Source: Candidatus Azambacteria bacterium RIFCSPLOWO2_01_FULL_44_84 (lineage in GTDB: Bacteria; Patescibacteriota; Minisyncoccia; UBA10092). From it: 39,476 bases of DNA. The DNA lies in NCBI GenBank assembly GCA_001774075.1, contig MEYR01000004.1, positions 1 to 39,476 of the forward strand, read 5' to 3'. The first letter of the stretch is position 1. Every line of letters begins with the position of its first letter. The translations under genes and the position numbers were made by a program. The notes beneath the pieces were generated by a model, which was given only the letters and a program-made list of their open reading frames with translations, had not been told where the DNA came from and ran no database searches. Positions 8,439 to 16,896 of the stretch are shown one piece after another.

Positions 8439-9458
8439 ATGCAGGGAATCTCGTTCGAGAATCATTGGCTTCTTTTATTGGTACCTTTAGTCTGTCTTCT
8501 TTTTTTGATCAAGCGCCGCGGAGTGTACTGGGTCGGGCATCAGGTGATGTTGACTCGCCCGCTTGGATTCATCAAAAGAACCTTTCGGAAGATATCGGCT
8601 TTAACGCTTCTTTTGGCGTTTGTTTTCGCCATTATCGCCTGGGCTAACCCGACACAGGGCAAAGAAGAAAAAGTAACTAAAGTAAAAGCCCGGCAGGTTT
8701 GCATGGCGGTGGATATTTCCGGATCAATGTTCGGTTCAGTGTCATATGAGATTCAGGAAAAAAGAATCCAAGTCGCGGCAAAAGCCGGAAACGAATTCGT
8801 CGACGCTAGGGCCGGCGACATGTTCAGTTTTGTGCCCTTTGACGACAAGTCCCGCCTCGGCCTTTCTGTTCCTCTTACTTTTGACAGAGAGCTGATTAAA
8901 AAGCAGTTCCAAGCGGTTGCCGACGGGCAATCAGGCGGCAGCACCGCCATAGGCGAGGGTATCTGGAGTTGTATGATTTTTCTGGTACGCGACGCGCTTC
9001 CGAAAAAGTTCAGTCTGGACATAGGCCAACTTAGACGGTCGCTGGAAAGCGAAGATTTAGGTCCTTATGCGACAAGCGCGGCTCGCGAGATTGGCTGTCT
9101 TAAGCACGCGTTCATCACGGTTTTGACCGACGGCGAAAGCAACGCCGGAATCAACCCCTTGCGGGTGCTTGCCTTTGCCGGCCGGCTTTGCGTAAAGGTT
9201 TACACTATCGCCGCCACGCCGGAGCGTTATCCTGATCTGATTCGGGCGGTTGAAAAGACCGGCGGGCAATACTTTTTTGCCCGCGATATTCAGGAAAGCA
9301 AGCGGTTTTACTCCGATATCAACCGGATTGAAAAGAAAGAAGTTATTGTTGAAAGAGAAACCAGGGCGCGAAGTTTGCGCTGGTATTTTTCTCTGGCAAG
9401 CGCTTTGAGTCTTTTCGTTTTCGGCGTATTCAGACTCGTGGCCATTAAGGTACCGTAG
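8439..9458 (+). CDS. vWA-domain membrane protein (BatA-like)
   Basis: 339 aa. N-terminal TM 'WLLLLVPLVCLLFLI', MIDAS motif 'VDISGSM', C-terminal TM. Confidence 0.85.
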   Translation: MQGISFENHWLLLLVPLVCLLFLIKRRGVYWVGHQVMLTRPLGFIKRTFRKISALTLLLAFVFAIIAWANPTQGKEEKVTKVKARQVCMAVDISGSMFGSVSYEIQEKRIQVAAKAGNEFVDARAGDMFSFVPFDDKSRLGLSVPLTFDRELIKKQFQAVADGQSGGSTAIGEGIWSCMIFLVRDALPKKFSLDIGQLRRSLESEDLGPYATSAAREIGCLKHAFITVLTDGESNAGINPLRVLAFAGRLCVKVYTIAATPERYPDLIRAVEKTGGQYFFARDIQESKRFYSDINRIEKKEVIVERETRARSLRWYFSLASALSLFVFGVFRLVAIKVP

Positions 9459-9469
9459 GGAGTCCGGCG

Positions 9470-10087
9470 ATGAAAAGAAAAATCCGGAGATTTTTTAAGG
9501 TCATCCTAATTGCCGCCGCAATGCTTGCGGTCGTCTTTGGGATTTTTAAGTATCTCGAGCGGAATTTTATCCGCCGCGCGACAGAGCGTCTTGATAAAAA
9601 CGAACCTTACGCGGCGTTAGCCGAGTTCGATTCGTGGCAATCCTTTAAAATTCATCGTCTTGCTCTGGAGTGGGGGCTGATGGATCCACTTTGGTACTAC
9701 CATTGGGGGCTGGCGGCCTTGAGAACGGGAGATTATCAAAAAGCCTATGTTCAGTTCCGGCGGGTTAGCGAAGTTTCCAGCGATCCCGTTCTTAAGAGTC
9801 TCGCATATTTCAATCAAGGAGAAGCGCGACTGTGGCAGTGGGACGCGGGCGCACATGAGAACGCCGCTTCTCTTTATATTGACGCGCTGAAAATCAATCC
9901 CGAAATGGTTATTGCCAAAAAACGTCTTGAGTGGTTGCGCCAGGCGAACTTGGTTAAAACCAAAGCGGAAATGAAAGCCAGGGGCGATAAAGGCAGGCCT
10001 AATCAAGACAGTAAGAACCAGGATGATAAAGACGGGCAAAGCGAAAAATTCAAGTCGACCCAGGGTAAGCAGAGACGGGGCTATTAA
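9470..10087 (+). CDS. TPR-repeat membrane protein (BatC/BatE-like)
   Basis: 205 aa. N-terminal TM, TPR-like 'ALRTGDYQKAYVQFRRV' and 'AYFNQGEARL', basic/acidic tail. Confidence 0.65.
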   Translation: MKRKIRRFFKVILIAAAMLAVVFGIFKYLERNFIRRATERLDKNEPYAALAEFDSWQSFKIHRLALEWGLMDPLWYYHWGLAALRTGDYQKAYVQFRRVSEVSSDPVLKSLAYFNQGEARLWQWDAGAHENAASLYIDALKINPEMVIAKKRLEWLRQANLVKTKAEMKARGDKGRPNQDSKNQDDKDGQSEKFKSTQGKQRRGY

Positions 10088-10089
10088 AT

Positions 10090-11184
10090 ATGTGGTCTAG
10101 CGCGTCGGAATGGATTATTTGGATAAGACAGATTCAATTCGGAAGAACCGATCTTCAGAAATGGGTTTTGGTCTTTCTTGTGTCGGCGCTGTTATTCCAC
10201 ATCGCCGTTGAGATCAGGAGGTATCTGTGGCGGAGAAAAAACTTTGGCCAGAGCCGTCTGATCAAATCTATTTCTCACTGGCCGAGATGGTGGCAGGAAG
10301 TGCTACGGTCTCTGGCGTTTGTTTCCGGTTTAGTTTTGGCCGGCCTTATTGTCCTTGAGCCGATTAACAAAACGGTAGACCATAAGCCCGTCAGGGAGCC
10401 CGCTTTGATCGCGGTCGGGCTTGATGGTTCGATGTCGATGCTGGCGAAGGTCGATCCTTCATCCAGCAAATCACGATTGGACCTTTCCAAGGAACAGATT
10501 GAAAAATTAGTTACCGCTTTGAAAAAAGAAGGCAGCAGCGACAAATTAATACTCTTTACTTTTGCCGAAGAGCCACATAAGGAACTGAAAGATTTTACCG
10601 ATGACTATCCCCGGATTTTCCTGCCGGCGCTGGATTCGGTGGAAGATTTTTATGTCCGGGCGTTCGGATACGGAACTGATTTGTCAAAAGTAATGGAATT
10701 TTGTGCCAAAGCATTTCCTAAGTCGGAGTACCAGAAAATTTGTCTTGTTGTGACGGATGGGGAACTTGAGGGAAAGGATCTTAAGAAACTCGATGAAGAT
10801 TTCCAGAAAAGTTTGAAAGAATGGCGGGTTGTCGGTAAAGGCATAAAACTATATTTTATTGCCGTCGGACACGGCGGCAGGGCGGAAAGGATTCCTAAGT
10901 TCAATATTTACGGCAATGCCACAAATGAGTACGAAACCGACGATGATGGCAAGGATATTAAAACGAGAACGCGTCCCGATTATCTGCGCAAAGCCGCGGT
11001 CCTCGCCGGCGGCGGCTTTATACATCTGCAGGCAAGCAACAGCGACGAAGCGATGCTTGCCGGCGTGGTTGAAAAGGGCAAAAAGATAATCGGCTGGAAA
11101 AAAGTCGAAAAGGTTGCCGACGTTTCAGAAAACTTTATTAAAGTTTATCTGATTATTCTCTTGTTGATTTTGCTGTTTGTTTAA
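10090..11184 (+). CDS. vWA-domain membrane protein (BatB-like)
   Basis: 364 aa. TM segments at both ends and the MIDAS-like motif 'GLDGSMSM'. Confidence 0.8.
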   Translation: MWSSASEWIIWIRQIQFGRTDLQKWVLVFLVSALLFHIAVEIRRYLWRRKNFGQSRLIKSISHWPRWWQEVLRSLAFVSGLVLAGLIVLEPINKTVDHKPVREPALIAVGLDGSMSMLAKVDPSSSKSRLDLSKEQIEKLVTALKKEGSSDKLILFTFAEEPHKELKDFTDDYPRIFLPALDSVEDFYVRAFGYGTDLSKVMEFCAKAFPKSEYQKICLVVTDGELEGKDLKKLDEDFQKSLKEWRVVGKGIKLYFIAVGHGGRAERIPKFNIYGNATNEYETDDDGKDIKTRTRPDYLRKAAVLAGGGFIHLQASNSDEAMLAGVVEKGKKIIGWKKVEKVADVSENFIKVYLIILLLILLFV

Positions 11185-11187
11185 TTA

Positions 11188-11220
11188 AATTCCCTCTTTT
11201 AAAGAGGGGATTTTACTTTT
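11188..11220 (+). terminator. rho-independent terminator of the Bat-like operon
   Basis: 'ccctctt tta aagaggg' hairpin followed by 'attttactttt'. Confidence 0.65.
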
Positions 11221-11359
11221 ATCGGAAGCCGGGTTACTATTGGAACAATACTTCAGAAAGAAAAGGGCATGGCCAACCGCCGTCGACTCTATTCCTACAA
11301 GTGGCGGATTTGGCTTTGCTCTTTTTTGTTTTTTGAAAACTAAAAACCGAGGAGAAATC

Positions 11360-12175
11360 ATGAAAATCGGCGTGCGGATTTTGTTTGTTCTTTTGGTTCT
11401 GATTCTTGCTCCACTGTCAGCGCTGGCCGATGAGAGTTCGATAGTAGAATATGCCAGTGCCCAAAAAGAATTCCGGCGCGCTATTTTTAGAAGCGAAGTC
11501 AAGATTCACACGAGTGTTTTGGTGCGCGATGGGTTATGGAAAAATGGCATCGGCACGGGGGTCGTTGTCGGCCGAGAAAATCAGCCGGATAAAACGATTT
11601 TTTATGTTATCACGGCAGCCCATGTTTTGCTGACGGAGAATTCCGAACTTTTGAAAGAAACAAAGATTGTCGCGGCCTTTCCGGAAAAGAGTATCGCTTT
11701 CCCGGTGGCCCAGACTGGCTATTCCGCTAAATTTTTATTTGTCGCCTGGAATTTGGAATACGTTCTTTTACAGGTAGAGGTGCCAAACAGCGACCTTGGA
11801 AAACTTGATGTCGCTGTCGCTTCAATAGCGCAAAAAGCGCCGGAACGATTAGAGAGTTTCTGGGTTTCCGGATATCTTCGAGGCACGCTTCCTGTCGTTA
11901 ACCAGGCTTATTTTGTCCGCGCCGTCGTTAACGAAAGGGGGCAGGCCGGAGAATTTGTTTATTTCTTACTATTGAATTTTTTTTTCATCGCCGATGGCAT
12001 CAGCGGCCCAGGCATGTCGGGGGGCGGTGTTTTTAACGCCAAAGGCGAACTTATGGCCATGACTTGGGCGGTAGAAAGCGATCACATTGTCAACGCCATT
12101 CCGGCATTTCTGATTCGGCAGGACTTTACTGCACGGCTCGAAGTCTTGAAAAATAAACCAAAAGCCGGGGAGTAG
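11360..12175 (+). CDS. secreted trypsin-like (S1) serine peptidase
   Basis: Start moved to the ATG at 11360 ('gaggagaaatcATG'). Signal peptide 'MKIGVRILFVLLVLILAPLSALA', His motif 'ITAAHVL', Ser motif 'GMSGGGVF'. Confidence 0.72.
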   Translation: MKIGVRILFVLLVLILAPLSALADESSIVEYASAQKEFRRAIFRSEVKIHTSVLVRDGLWKNGIGTGVVVGRENQPDKTIFYVITAAHVLLTENSELLKETKIVAAFPEKSIAFPVAQTGYSAKFLFVAWNLEYVLLQVEVPNSDLGKLDVAVASIAQKAPERLESFWVSGYLRGTLPVVNQAYFVRAVVNERGQAGEFVYFLLLNFFFIADGISGPGMSGGGVFNAKGELMAMTWAVESDHIVNAIPAFLIRQDFTARLEVLKNKPKAGE

Positions 12176-12247
12176 AAAATTAGCAAGCCGAGTAATTTTG
12201 CTTCGCAAAACATTCGGCTTTAAAAAGCCGATTTTCACTTCCCGGTT

Positions 12248-14371
12248 TTAATTTTGTTTTAGAGTTTCTACCGCCTCGCTAAGCATCTGGCAATATAAAT
12301 TAAGACCGATTGCCGAAATGTGGCCTGACTGCTCTCTGCCCAAAATATTGCCCGCGCCTCTGATTTCCAAATCTTGCAAGGCGATATCATCGCCGGCGCC
12401 CAGATCCTGATGCTCCTGAAGCGCCAAAAGCCTCCGTTTGGCTTTATCTCCCGCCCCGTTAGAAGCCGCTCTGCCGGAAGCGCGGCTACGATCGTCTTGG
12501 GACGATCTGCTTCTAACGGGGTCAAATTTTTTTGATTGATACAGGAAATAAGCGTAGGCCTGGGCGTTTGACCTGCCGATCCGGCCTCTTATTTGGTGGC
12601 TTTGAGAAAGCCCCAAACGGGAGGCGCTGTCGACGATTAATGTATTGGCATTCTGAAAATCAAGGCCGTTTTCGATAATGCTTGTCGCGAGAATCATCTG
12701 GATTTCGCCGACGTGGAATTTTTTCATTGTTTCTATTATCTGTTTTTCGGACAGCCGCGCGTGAAGTATCCCGATTTTGAGGTCTGGTTTTATTTTCAGC
12801 AGGCGCCTTTTCACCAACTCTATAGTTTCAATGCGGTTATGAAGATAATAGATTTGACCACTGCGTTCCAGCTCAAAATCAATCGCGTCCCTGATAACTT
12901 TCCGGGAGTAAGGCAAAACGAAAGTTTTTATCGCGAGGCGGCCGGGCGGCGGAGTTTTGATCTGGCTTACGTCCTGCAGCGAAGAGAGCGCGAGATAAAG
13001 CGTGCGGGGGATGGGCGTGGCCGACAAGTTTAGGATGTCGATTTTGGGGTTCAACGACTTAAGTTTTTCTTTTTGCTTAACGCCGAATCGCTGTTCCTCG
13101 TCTATTATCAAAAGTCCTCCCTTTTGGGGGAAAAGATCCGCCAGGTCTTTTGAGAGCAAACGATGAGTGCCGATGACGATGTCAATCTTGCCGTCTTTGA
13201 TTTTTTTAATGACCTCATGCTGTTCCTGTTTTGGTGTCAGGCGGGAGAGCCGCGCGACCATAATCGGAAAACGGCTGAATCTTTTTGAGAAAGTTTCAAA
13301 ATGCTGTTCGCAAAGAATAGTGGTCGGCGTCAGAACCGCCACCGGCAATCCTGAAAGCACCGCTTTGAAAGCGGCTCTCATAGCAACCTCGGTTTTGCCG
13401 AAACCGACGTCGCCGCACACAAGCCGGTTCATCGGCCGTTCTTTTCTAAGGTCAGCGCTGATTTCTTCCAGAGCGCGGATTTGGTCTTCGGTTTCTATAT
13501 ATTCGAATTCTGTAGCGAAATATTTTTCTTGCGCTTCGTCTCCTAGGACCGGTTGTCTTTGAGCCATTTCTCTTTTGGCGTAAAGAGCGATTAGTTCCTG
13601 AGCCAGCTTTATCGTTTCTTCTTTTATTCTTTTTTTGGTATTGAACCAAATCTGGCTGCCCAGGCGGTGAATCTGAGGCGTTGCGAACCCCAAATAAGGC
13701 GACAGTTTGTCAGCTTTAACAAATGGCACATAAAGCGTGTCTGGCGCCGCGCCCGGCCGCGGCGCTCCGTATTCAATTATGAAAAAATCAGAACCGTTTT
13801 GGTCGTTTGAAATTTTGGCTTTGTTTGGAATTTGTAATTTGGGCTTTGTGGTTTCATTTTCCGCGGCAAAGCCGCGGAAAATGCCTATTCCATGGTCGAG
13901 GTGGACGACATAATCGCCGGGCTTGTATCTTTCTTCTATTTTTGATTTTTTGAGACGAGCCAGCGTCGCCGATTCTTTTTCGGCGGCGGTGAGTTTAATA
14001 TCGCTTATTGTTTCGATGATATTGCCAAGCCAATCAATCTTTATGGGCATGACGGCATTTATCGGGAAGACGTCAATACTTCCGCCGAGTTGTGAAAATT
14101 CGCCCCTCGCTCCCAGATAAGAAACTCTTTCATATCCCAAATCGGTAAGCCGCCGCAGTACTTCGGAGATTTTAACGCTTTGGCTAGTTTCCAGAAACAG
14201 GGTGTTGTCTTGCCACCAGGAGTTGGTTTTGGCATGGGTTTTTATTTTTTCAAAATTTTCCTGAAACCATAAAAGCCCCTTCTCCAAAAATGAGGGGGTG
14301 ATTCCGGCAATCAGGATTTCTTGATTTGTTTTCATATCAGGCGACCAAATCTGCTTTTTAGCACCCTTCAC
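12248..14371 (-). CDS. mfd: transcription-repair coupling factor, compact form
   Basis: RID/CarD-like 'GDYVVHLDHGIGIF', 'GDVGFGKTEVAMRAA', 'IIDEEQRFG', 'QIRGRIGRS', TRG motif 'LEIRGAGNILGREQSG'. The GTG at 14371 has a GGAGG SD 5 nt upstream, inside repeat 14339-14495. The ATG at 14335 is the alternative start. Confidence 0.9.
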   Translation of the reverse strand: MKGAKKQIWSPDMKTNQEILIAGITPSFLEKGLLWFQENFEKIKTHAKTNSWWQDNTLFLETSQSVKISEVLRRLTDLGYERVSYLGARGEFSQLGGSIDVFPINAVMPIKIDWLGNIIETISDIKLTAAEKESATLARLKKSKIEERYKPGDYVVHLDHGIGIFRGFAAENETTKPKLQIPNKAKISNDQNGSDFFIIEYGAPRPGAAPDTLYVPFVKADKLSPYLGFATPQIHRLGSQIWFNTKKRIKEETIKLAQELIALYAKREMAQRQPVLGDEAQEKYFATEFEYIETEDQIRALEEISADLRKERPMNRLVCGDVGFGKTEVAMRAAFKAVLSGLPVAVLTPTTILCEQHFETFSKRFSRFPIMVARLSRLTPKQEQHEVIKKIKDGKIDIVIGTHRLLSKDLADLFPQKGGLLIIDEEQRFGVKQKEKLKSLNPKIDILNLSATPIPRTLYLALSSLQDVSQIKTPPPGRLAIKTFVLPYSRKVIRDAIDFELERSGQIYYLHNRIETIELVKRRLLKIKPDLKIGILHARLSEKQIIETMKKFHVGEIQMILATSIIENGLDFQNANTLIVDSASRLGLSQSHQIRGRIGRSNAQAYAYFLYQSKKFDPVRSRSSQDDRSRASGRAASNGAGDKAKRRLLALQEHQDLGAGDDIALQDLEIRGAGNILGREQSGHISAIGLNLYCQMLSEAVETLKQN
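12454..12521. repeat. 68-nt multi-hairpin element embedded in frame in mfd
   Basis: Outer 13-bp stem 'ccccgttagaagc'/'gcttctaacgggg' encloses hairpins 'agccgc..gcggct' and 'gatcgtc..gacgatc'. It encodes the extra 'PVRSRSSQDDRSRASGRAASNG'. Confidence 0.75.
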
Positions 14372-14495
14372 TCATCCCTCCGAAACTCGCTCAGTGGCTC
14401 TCCTCGCCAGTCGGCTCGGATCACTTTTGCTCGCTCGGCTTCGCCTCCTTGGCCGCTCGCAAAAGTAGCCTGCTAAAAACCACATCTGATCGCCT
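14339..14495 (-). mobile_element. MITE-like element with about 25-bp terminal inverted repeats, copy 2 (inverted relative to copy 1)
   Basis: Ends are 'aggcgaccaaatctgctttttagca' and 'tgctaaaaaccacatctgatcgcct'. 'ccttggccgctcgcaaaagtagcctgcta' is the reverse complement of 8207-8235. Confidence 0.8.
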
Positions 14496-14602
14496 AGTGT
14501 GCTTAACTTAAGACTATACATTATCATCTGGTTAGTAACACTTTATCGGGCGCAAGACAATTACCTCTTTTTAAGCGATCGCATGAAAAGTGGCAATCCG
14601 AC

Positions 14603-14631
14603 TTGACATTTATTACCTAATGGTTTATTAT
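14603..14631 (+). promoter_or_regulatory. sigma70-like promoter for the small-membrane-protein operon
   Basis: TTGACA (14603-14608), 17-nt spacer, TATTAT (14626-14631). Confidence 0.5.
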
Positions 14632-14670
14632 CTATTTACTTTGGGTCTTTGTCAAATAGAGGTGGTGATA

Positions 14671-14928
14671 ATGGAGGCGCTATTCGGCAAGTTTTGGACT
14701 ATTTCTCTCGGAGACATGGCCGTGATTATTTTTATAGCTTTCTTCGTCGGCGGTCTACTAATCGGATTCATGTTTGGCCGCGCCGCTACAATCGGCGGGC
14801 CGGAACACCGGGATCCGACCGAGGCGGAAATAAAGGCCGCCAAGGAGCGTTATCGCAACGAATATCTTGAATATCGTGGTCGTCCCAACGATTCTCTTCC
14901 GCCTATTAATCGCTCCGATGAGGAGTAG
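14671..14928 (+). CDS. small membrane protein (85 aa)
   Basis: Start moved to 'gaggtggtgataATG'. One TM ('MAVIIFIAFFVGGLLIGFMFG') plus a charged tail. Confidence 0.6.
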   Translation: MEALFGKFWTISLGDMAVIIFIAFFVGGLLIGFMFGRAATIGGPEHRDPTEAEIKAAKERYRNEYLEYRGRPNDSLPPINRSDEE

Positions 14929-14929
14929 A

Positions 14930-15043
14930 ATGAAGCGCGCCTGGGAAATCACAAGCGCTTTGGGGTTTTTCGCTCTTTATCTTGGCCTATCCTGTTATCT
15001 GTTGGCGCGCGGCGTTAAAGAATGGCCGGAAATGGAGGAGTAA
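14930..15043 (+). CDS. possible 37-aa membrane peptide (below the ORF-track cutoff)
   Basis: 'gaggagtagaATG' provides the SD. Product MKRAWEITSALGFFALYLGLSCYLLARGVKEWPEMEE. It starts 1 nt after the upstream stop and ends 1 nt before the next ATG. Confidence 0.4.
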   Translation: MKRAWEITSALGFFALYLGLSCYLLARGVKEWPEMEE

Positions 15044-15044
15044 A

Positions 15045-15245
15045 ATGTTGGAATTATTTTACTCTATTGTGCTTGGCGCGGCAGCTTTAGCGATATTCTT
15101 TCTTTTGGGTATTGCGGGATTGGCCTTTATCTTGCTAATCGCTGCTCTTTTGATAGTGTTTACAATACGGGCTCTGAGGTTGATAAAGTTCCTGCTCCCT
15201 GTAGTATTCGCTCTAATTGTTCCTAAACTCTTAGGAGTTATCTGA
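15045..15245 (+). CDS. small two-TM membrane protein (66 aa)
   Basis: 'ggaggagtaaaATG'. Product MLELFYSIVLGAAALAIFFLLGIAGLAFILLIAALLIVF.. The 3-prime end overlaps the 3-prime end of pth by 15 nt. Confidence 0.55.
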   Translation: MLELFYSIVLGAAALAIFFLLGIAGLAFILLIAALLIVFTIRALRLIKFLLPVVFALIVPKLLGVI

Positions 15246-15818
15246 AGCCATTTCCAATTGGGAGACGGCTTTTTTTATTGTATTGCCGAGAATTTTTAAT
15301 TCTGCCGGCGTAAATTTTTTCAAAATAATTTTTTCAGCGGGCGTGTGTTTTTTTAGGGTAGGTTGGATACCTATTCTTATTCGCCAAAAATCTTTTGTTT
15401 TTAGAGCCCCGATGATAGATTCAACTCCCTTGTGCCCCCCAGATGATCGTCCGAATGATATTTTAAAACTTTCCCAAAGAATATCAATGTCATCGTGAAT
15501 TATCCAAATATCTTTAGGCTTAATTTTGTAAAATTTTGCCAAAGCCGCGACGGCAACGCCGGATTTATTCATAAATGTTTGAGGTTTGGCCAGAATCATT
15601 GTTTGGGTTTTGATTTTTGGGCTTTGTAATTTGTTTGATTTTTGGGCTTTGTAATTTGGAATTTCGGCTTCCGTTACTTCGGAAAATAATTTTTTCTTAT
15701 AATTGAATTCCGCTACTTTTAGTTGTCTTGCCAGCTCATTAACAAAAAGGAAGCCGGCATTGTGGCGGGTGTTTTCATATTCTTTTTCGGGATTACCGAG
15801 GCCGATGATTAGTTTCAT
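15231..15818 (-). CDS. pth: peptidyl-tRNA hydrolase
   Basis: Start taken at 'MKLIIGLGNPEKEYENTRHNAGF'. 'FMNKSG' and 'HDDIDI' are present. It carries a word-repeat insertion of about 20 aa. Confidence 0.9.
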   Translation of the reverse strand: MKLIIGLGNPEKEYENTRHNAGFLFVNELARQLKVAEFNYKKKLFSEVTEAEIPNYKAQKSNKLQSPKIKTQTMILAKPQTFMNKSGVAVAALAKFYKIKPKDIWIIHDDIDILWESFKISFGRSSGGHKGVESIIGALKTKDFWRIRIGIQPTLKKHTPAEKIILKKFTPAELKILGNTIKKAVSQLEMASDNS

Positions 15819-15927
15819 ATAAAAATATATTATCAGAAGCCATATCAAGAAGCCAGTCGGCTATCTATAATTTGCTTTATTTAAGCCAAAATTTGCTATT
15901 GCAATTGGCTAATTTTTATGATAAAAT

Positions 15928-16235
15928 CAGGAAGTGAAAATTGGACTACCCTCCTAAATTCTTTTGCCCGATTAATCGGTGTTGGGCTAATCATGGTTTC
16001 TCTAACTTACAAAAAGAGCCTGCGCTCTAATGAAGAATTTGGAGGGCAAAAATGCCAGGAAGTAGAAATTCGACAAATTCATTTTTGTCCTTAAAATTCT
16101 TTATTAAAACTCAAGATATATTTTGTGTATAGCGTACACTACAGTGTCAATCTAGAAAAAACGGACAAAAAGAATTTTTAAGGATGGGTCGAATTTTCAC
16201 TTCCTGGAATGAATTTGTCCAATTTCTACTTCCTG
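15928..16235 (+). mobile_element. 308-bp composite repeat, copy A
   Basis: Interleaved inverted motifs: 'caggaagtgaaaattggac' (15928), 'ccaggaagtagaaattcgacaaattcat' (16055), 'gtcgaattttcacttcctgg' (16188), 'aatgaatttgtccaatttctacttcctg' (16208). The right-hand 196 bp or so is near-identical to the reverse complement of copy B. Confidence 0.9.
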
Positions 16236-16250
16236 ATAAAATTTTAGACA

Positions 16251-16814
16251 ATGAAAGAGGCAATGCGTAATTTTTTTGGCTTTATCTGGGAACTTTTTAA
16301 GATCGCCGTCATTGCGTTGGTGCTGGCGGGGCTTGCCCGTTATTTTATTTTCCAGCCGTTTTTCGTGAAAGGCGCTTCCATGGAGCCGAATTTTGACGAT
16401 GGCCAATACTTGATAGTTGATGAGCTAAGTTATTATTTCCGCACTCCTGAAAGGGGCGAAGTGATTGTTTTTAAGTATCCTTTAGACACCCGCACTTACT
16501 ATATCAAAAGGATAATAGGGCTTCCCGGGGAGACGGTTGAGATTAAATCCGGACAGGTGAATGTTTATAATGACGAAAACCCCAAAGGTTTTGTTTTGAA
16601 TGAGGCTTACTTGCCACAAGGCCTCGCGACCGATGGCAATGTCAAACAGCGCCTCAATAGGGATGAATATTTTGTTCTTGGCGATAACAGATTGTCGTCT
16701 TCGGATTCCCGGCGCTGGGGGGTTTTGCCAAAAAGCGATATTGTTGGAAGGGTGTTTGTAAGGGTCTGGCCGGTGGATACTTTTGAATTACTCAATCAGG
16801 CGCCGGCGTATTAG
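16251..16814 (+). CDS. lepB: signal peptidase I
   Basis: 'GASMEPNF', 'YIKRIIGLPGETV', 'VLGDNRLSSSDSRRWG'. Confidence 0.93.
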   Translation: MKEAMRNFFGFIWELFKIAVIALVLAGLARYFIFQPFFVKGASMEPNFDDGQYLIVDELSYYFRTPERGEVIVFKYPLDTRTYYIKRIIGLPGETVEIKSGQVNVYNDENPKGFVLNEAYLPQGLATDGNVKQRLNRDEYFVLGDNRLSSSDSRRWGVLPKSDIVGRVFVRVWPVDTFELLNQAPAY

Positions 16815-16896
16815 ATTAATTTTGAAATTGATTTGGAAATTAGAACTTAAAAATTGATTAAAAATTGAAAATTTGAAATTAAAAATTTAGTTATTT

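Noticed and set aside
11240-11359. Upstream start codons proposed by the ORF track (protease 11240, rpsL TTG 31287, rplC TTG 36860, pth 15848, small ORFs 14590 and 14982)
   Set aside because: In each case a downstream ATG has a proper SD and begins the conserved N-terminus or the signal peptide. The extensions lie in spacers or repeats.
15928-16235. The CAGGAAGT...AATTTCTACT motifs as CRISPR repeats ('aatttctact' recalls the Cas12a repeat)
   Set aside because: There is no regular repeat-spacer periodicity. The motifs are in mixed orientation, the Cas12a stem complement ('gtaga') is absent, and no cas genes are in the window.
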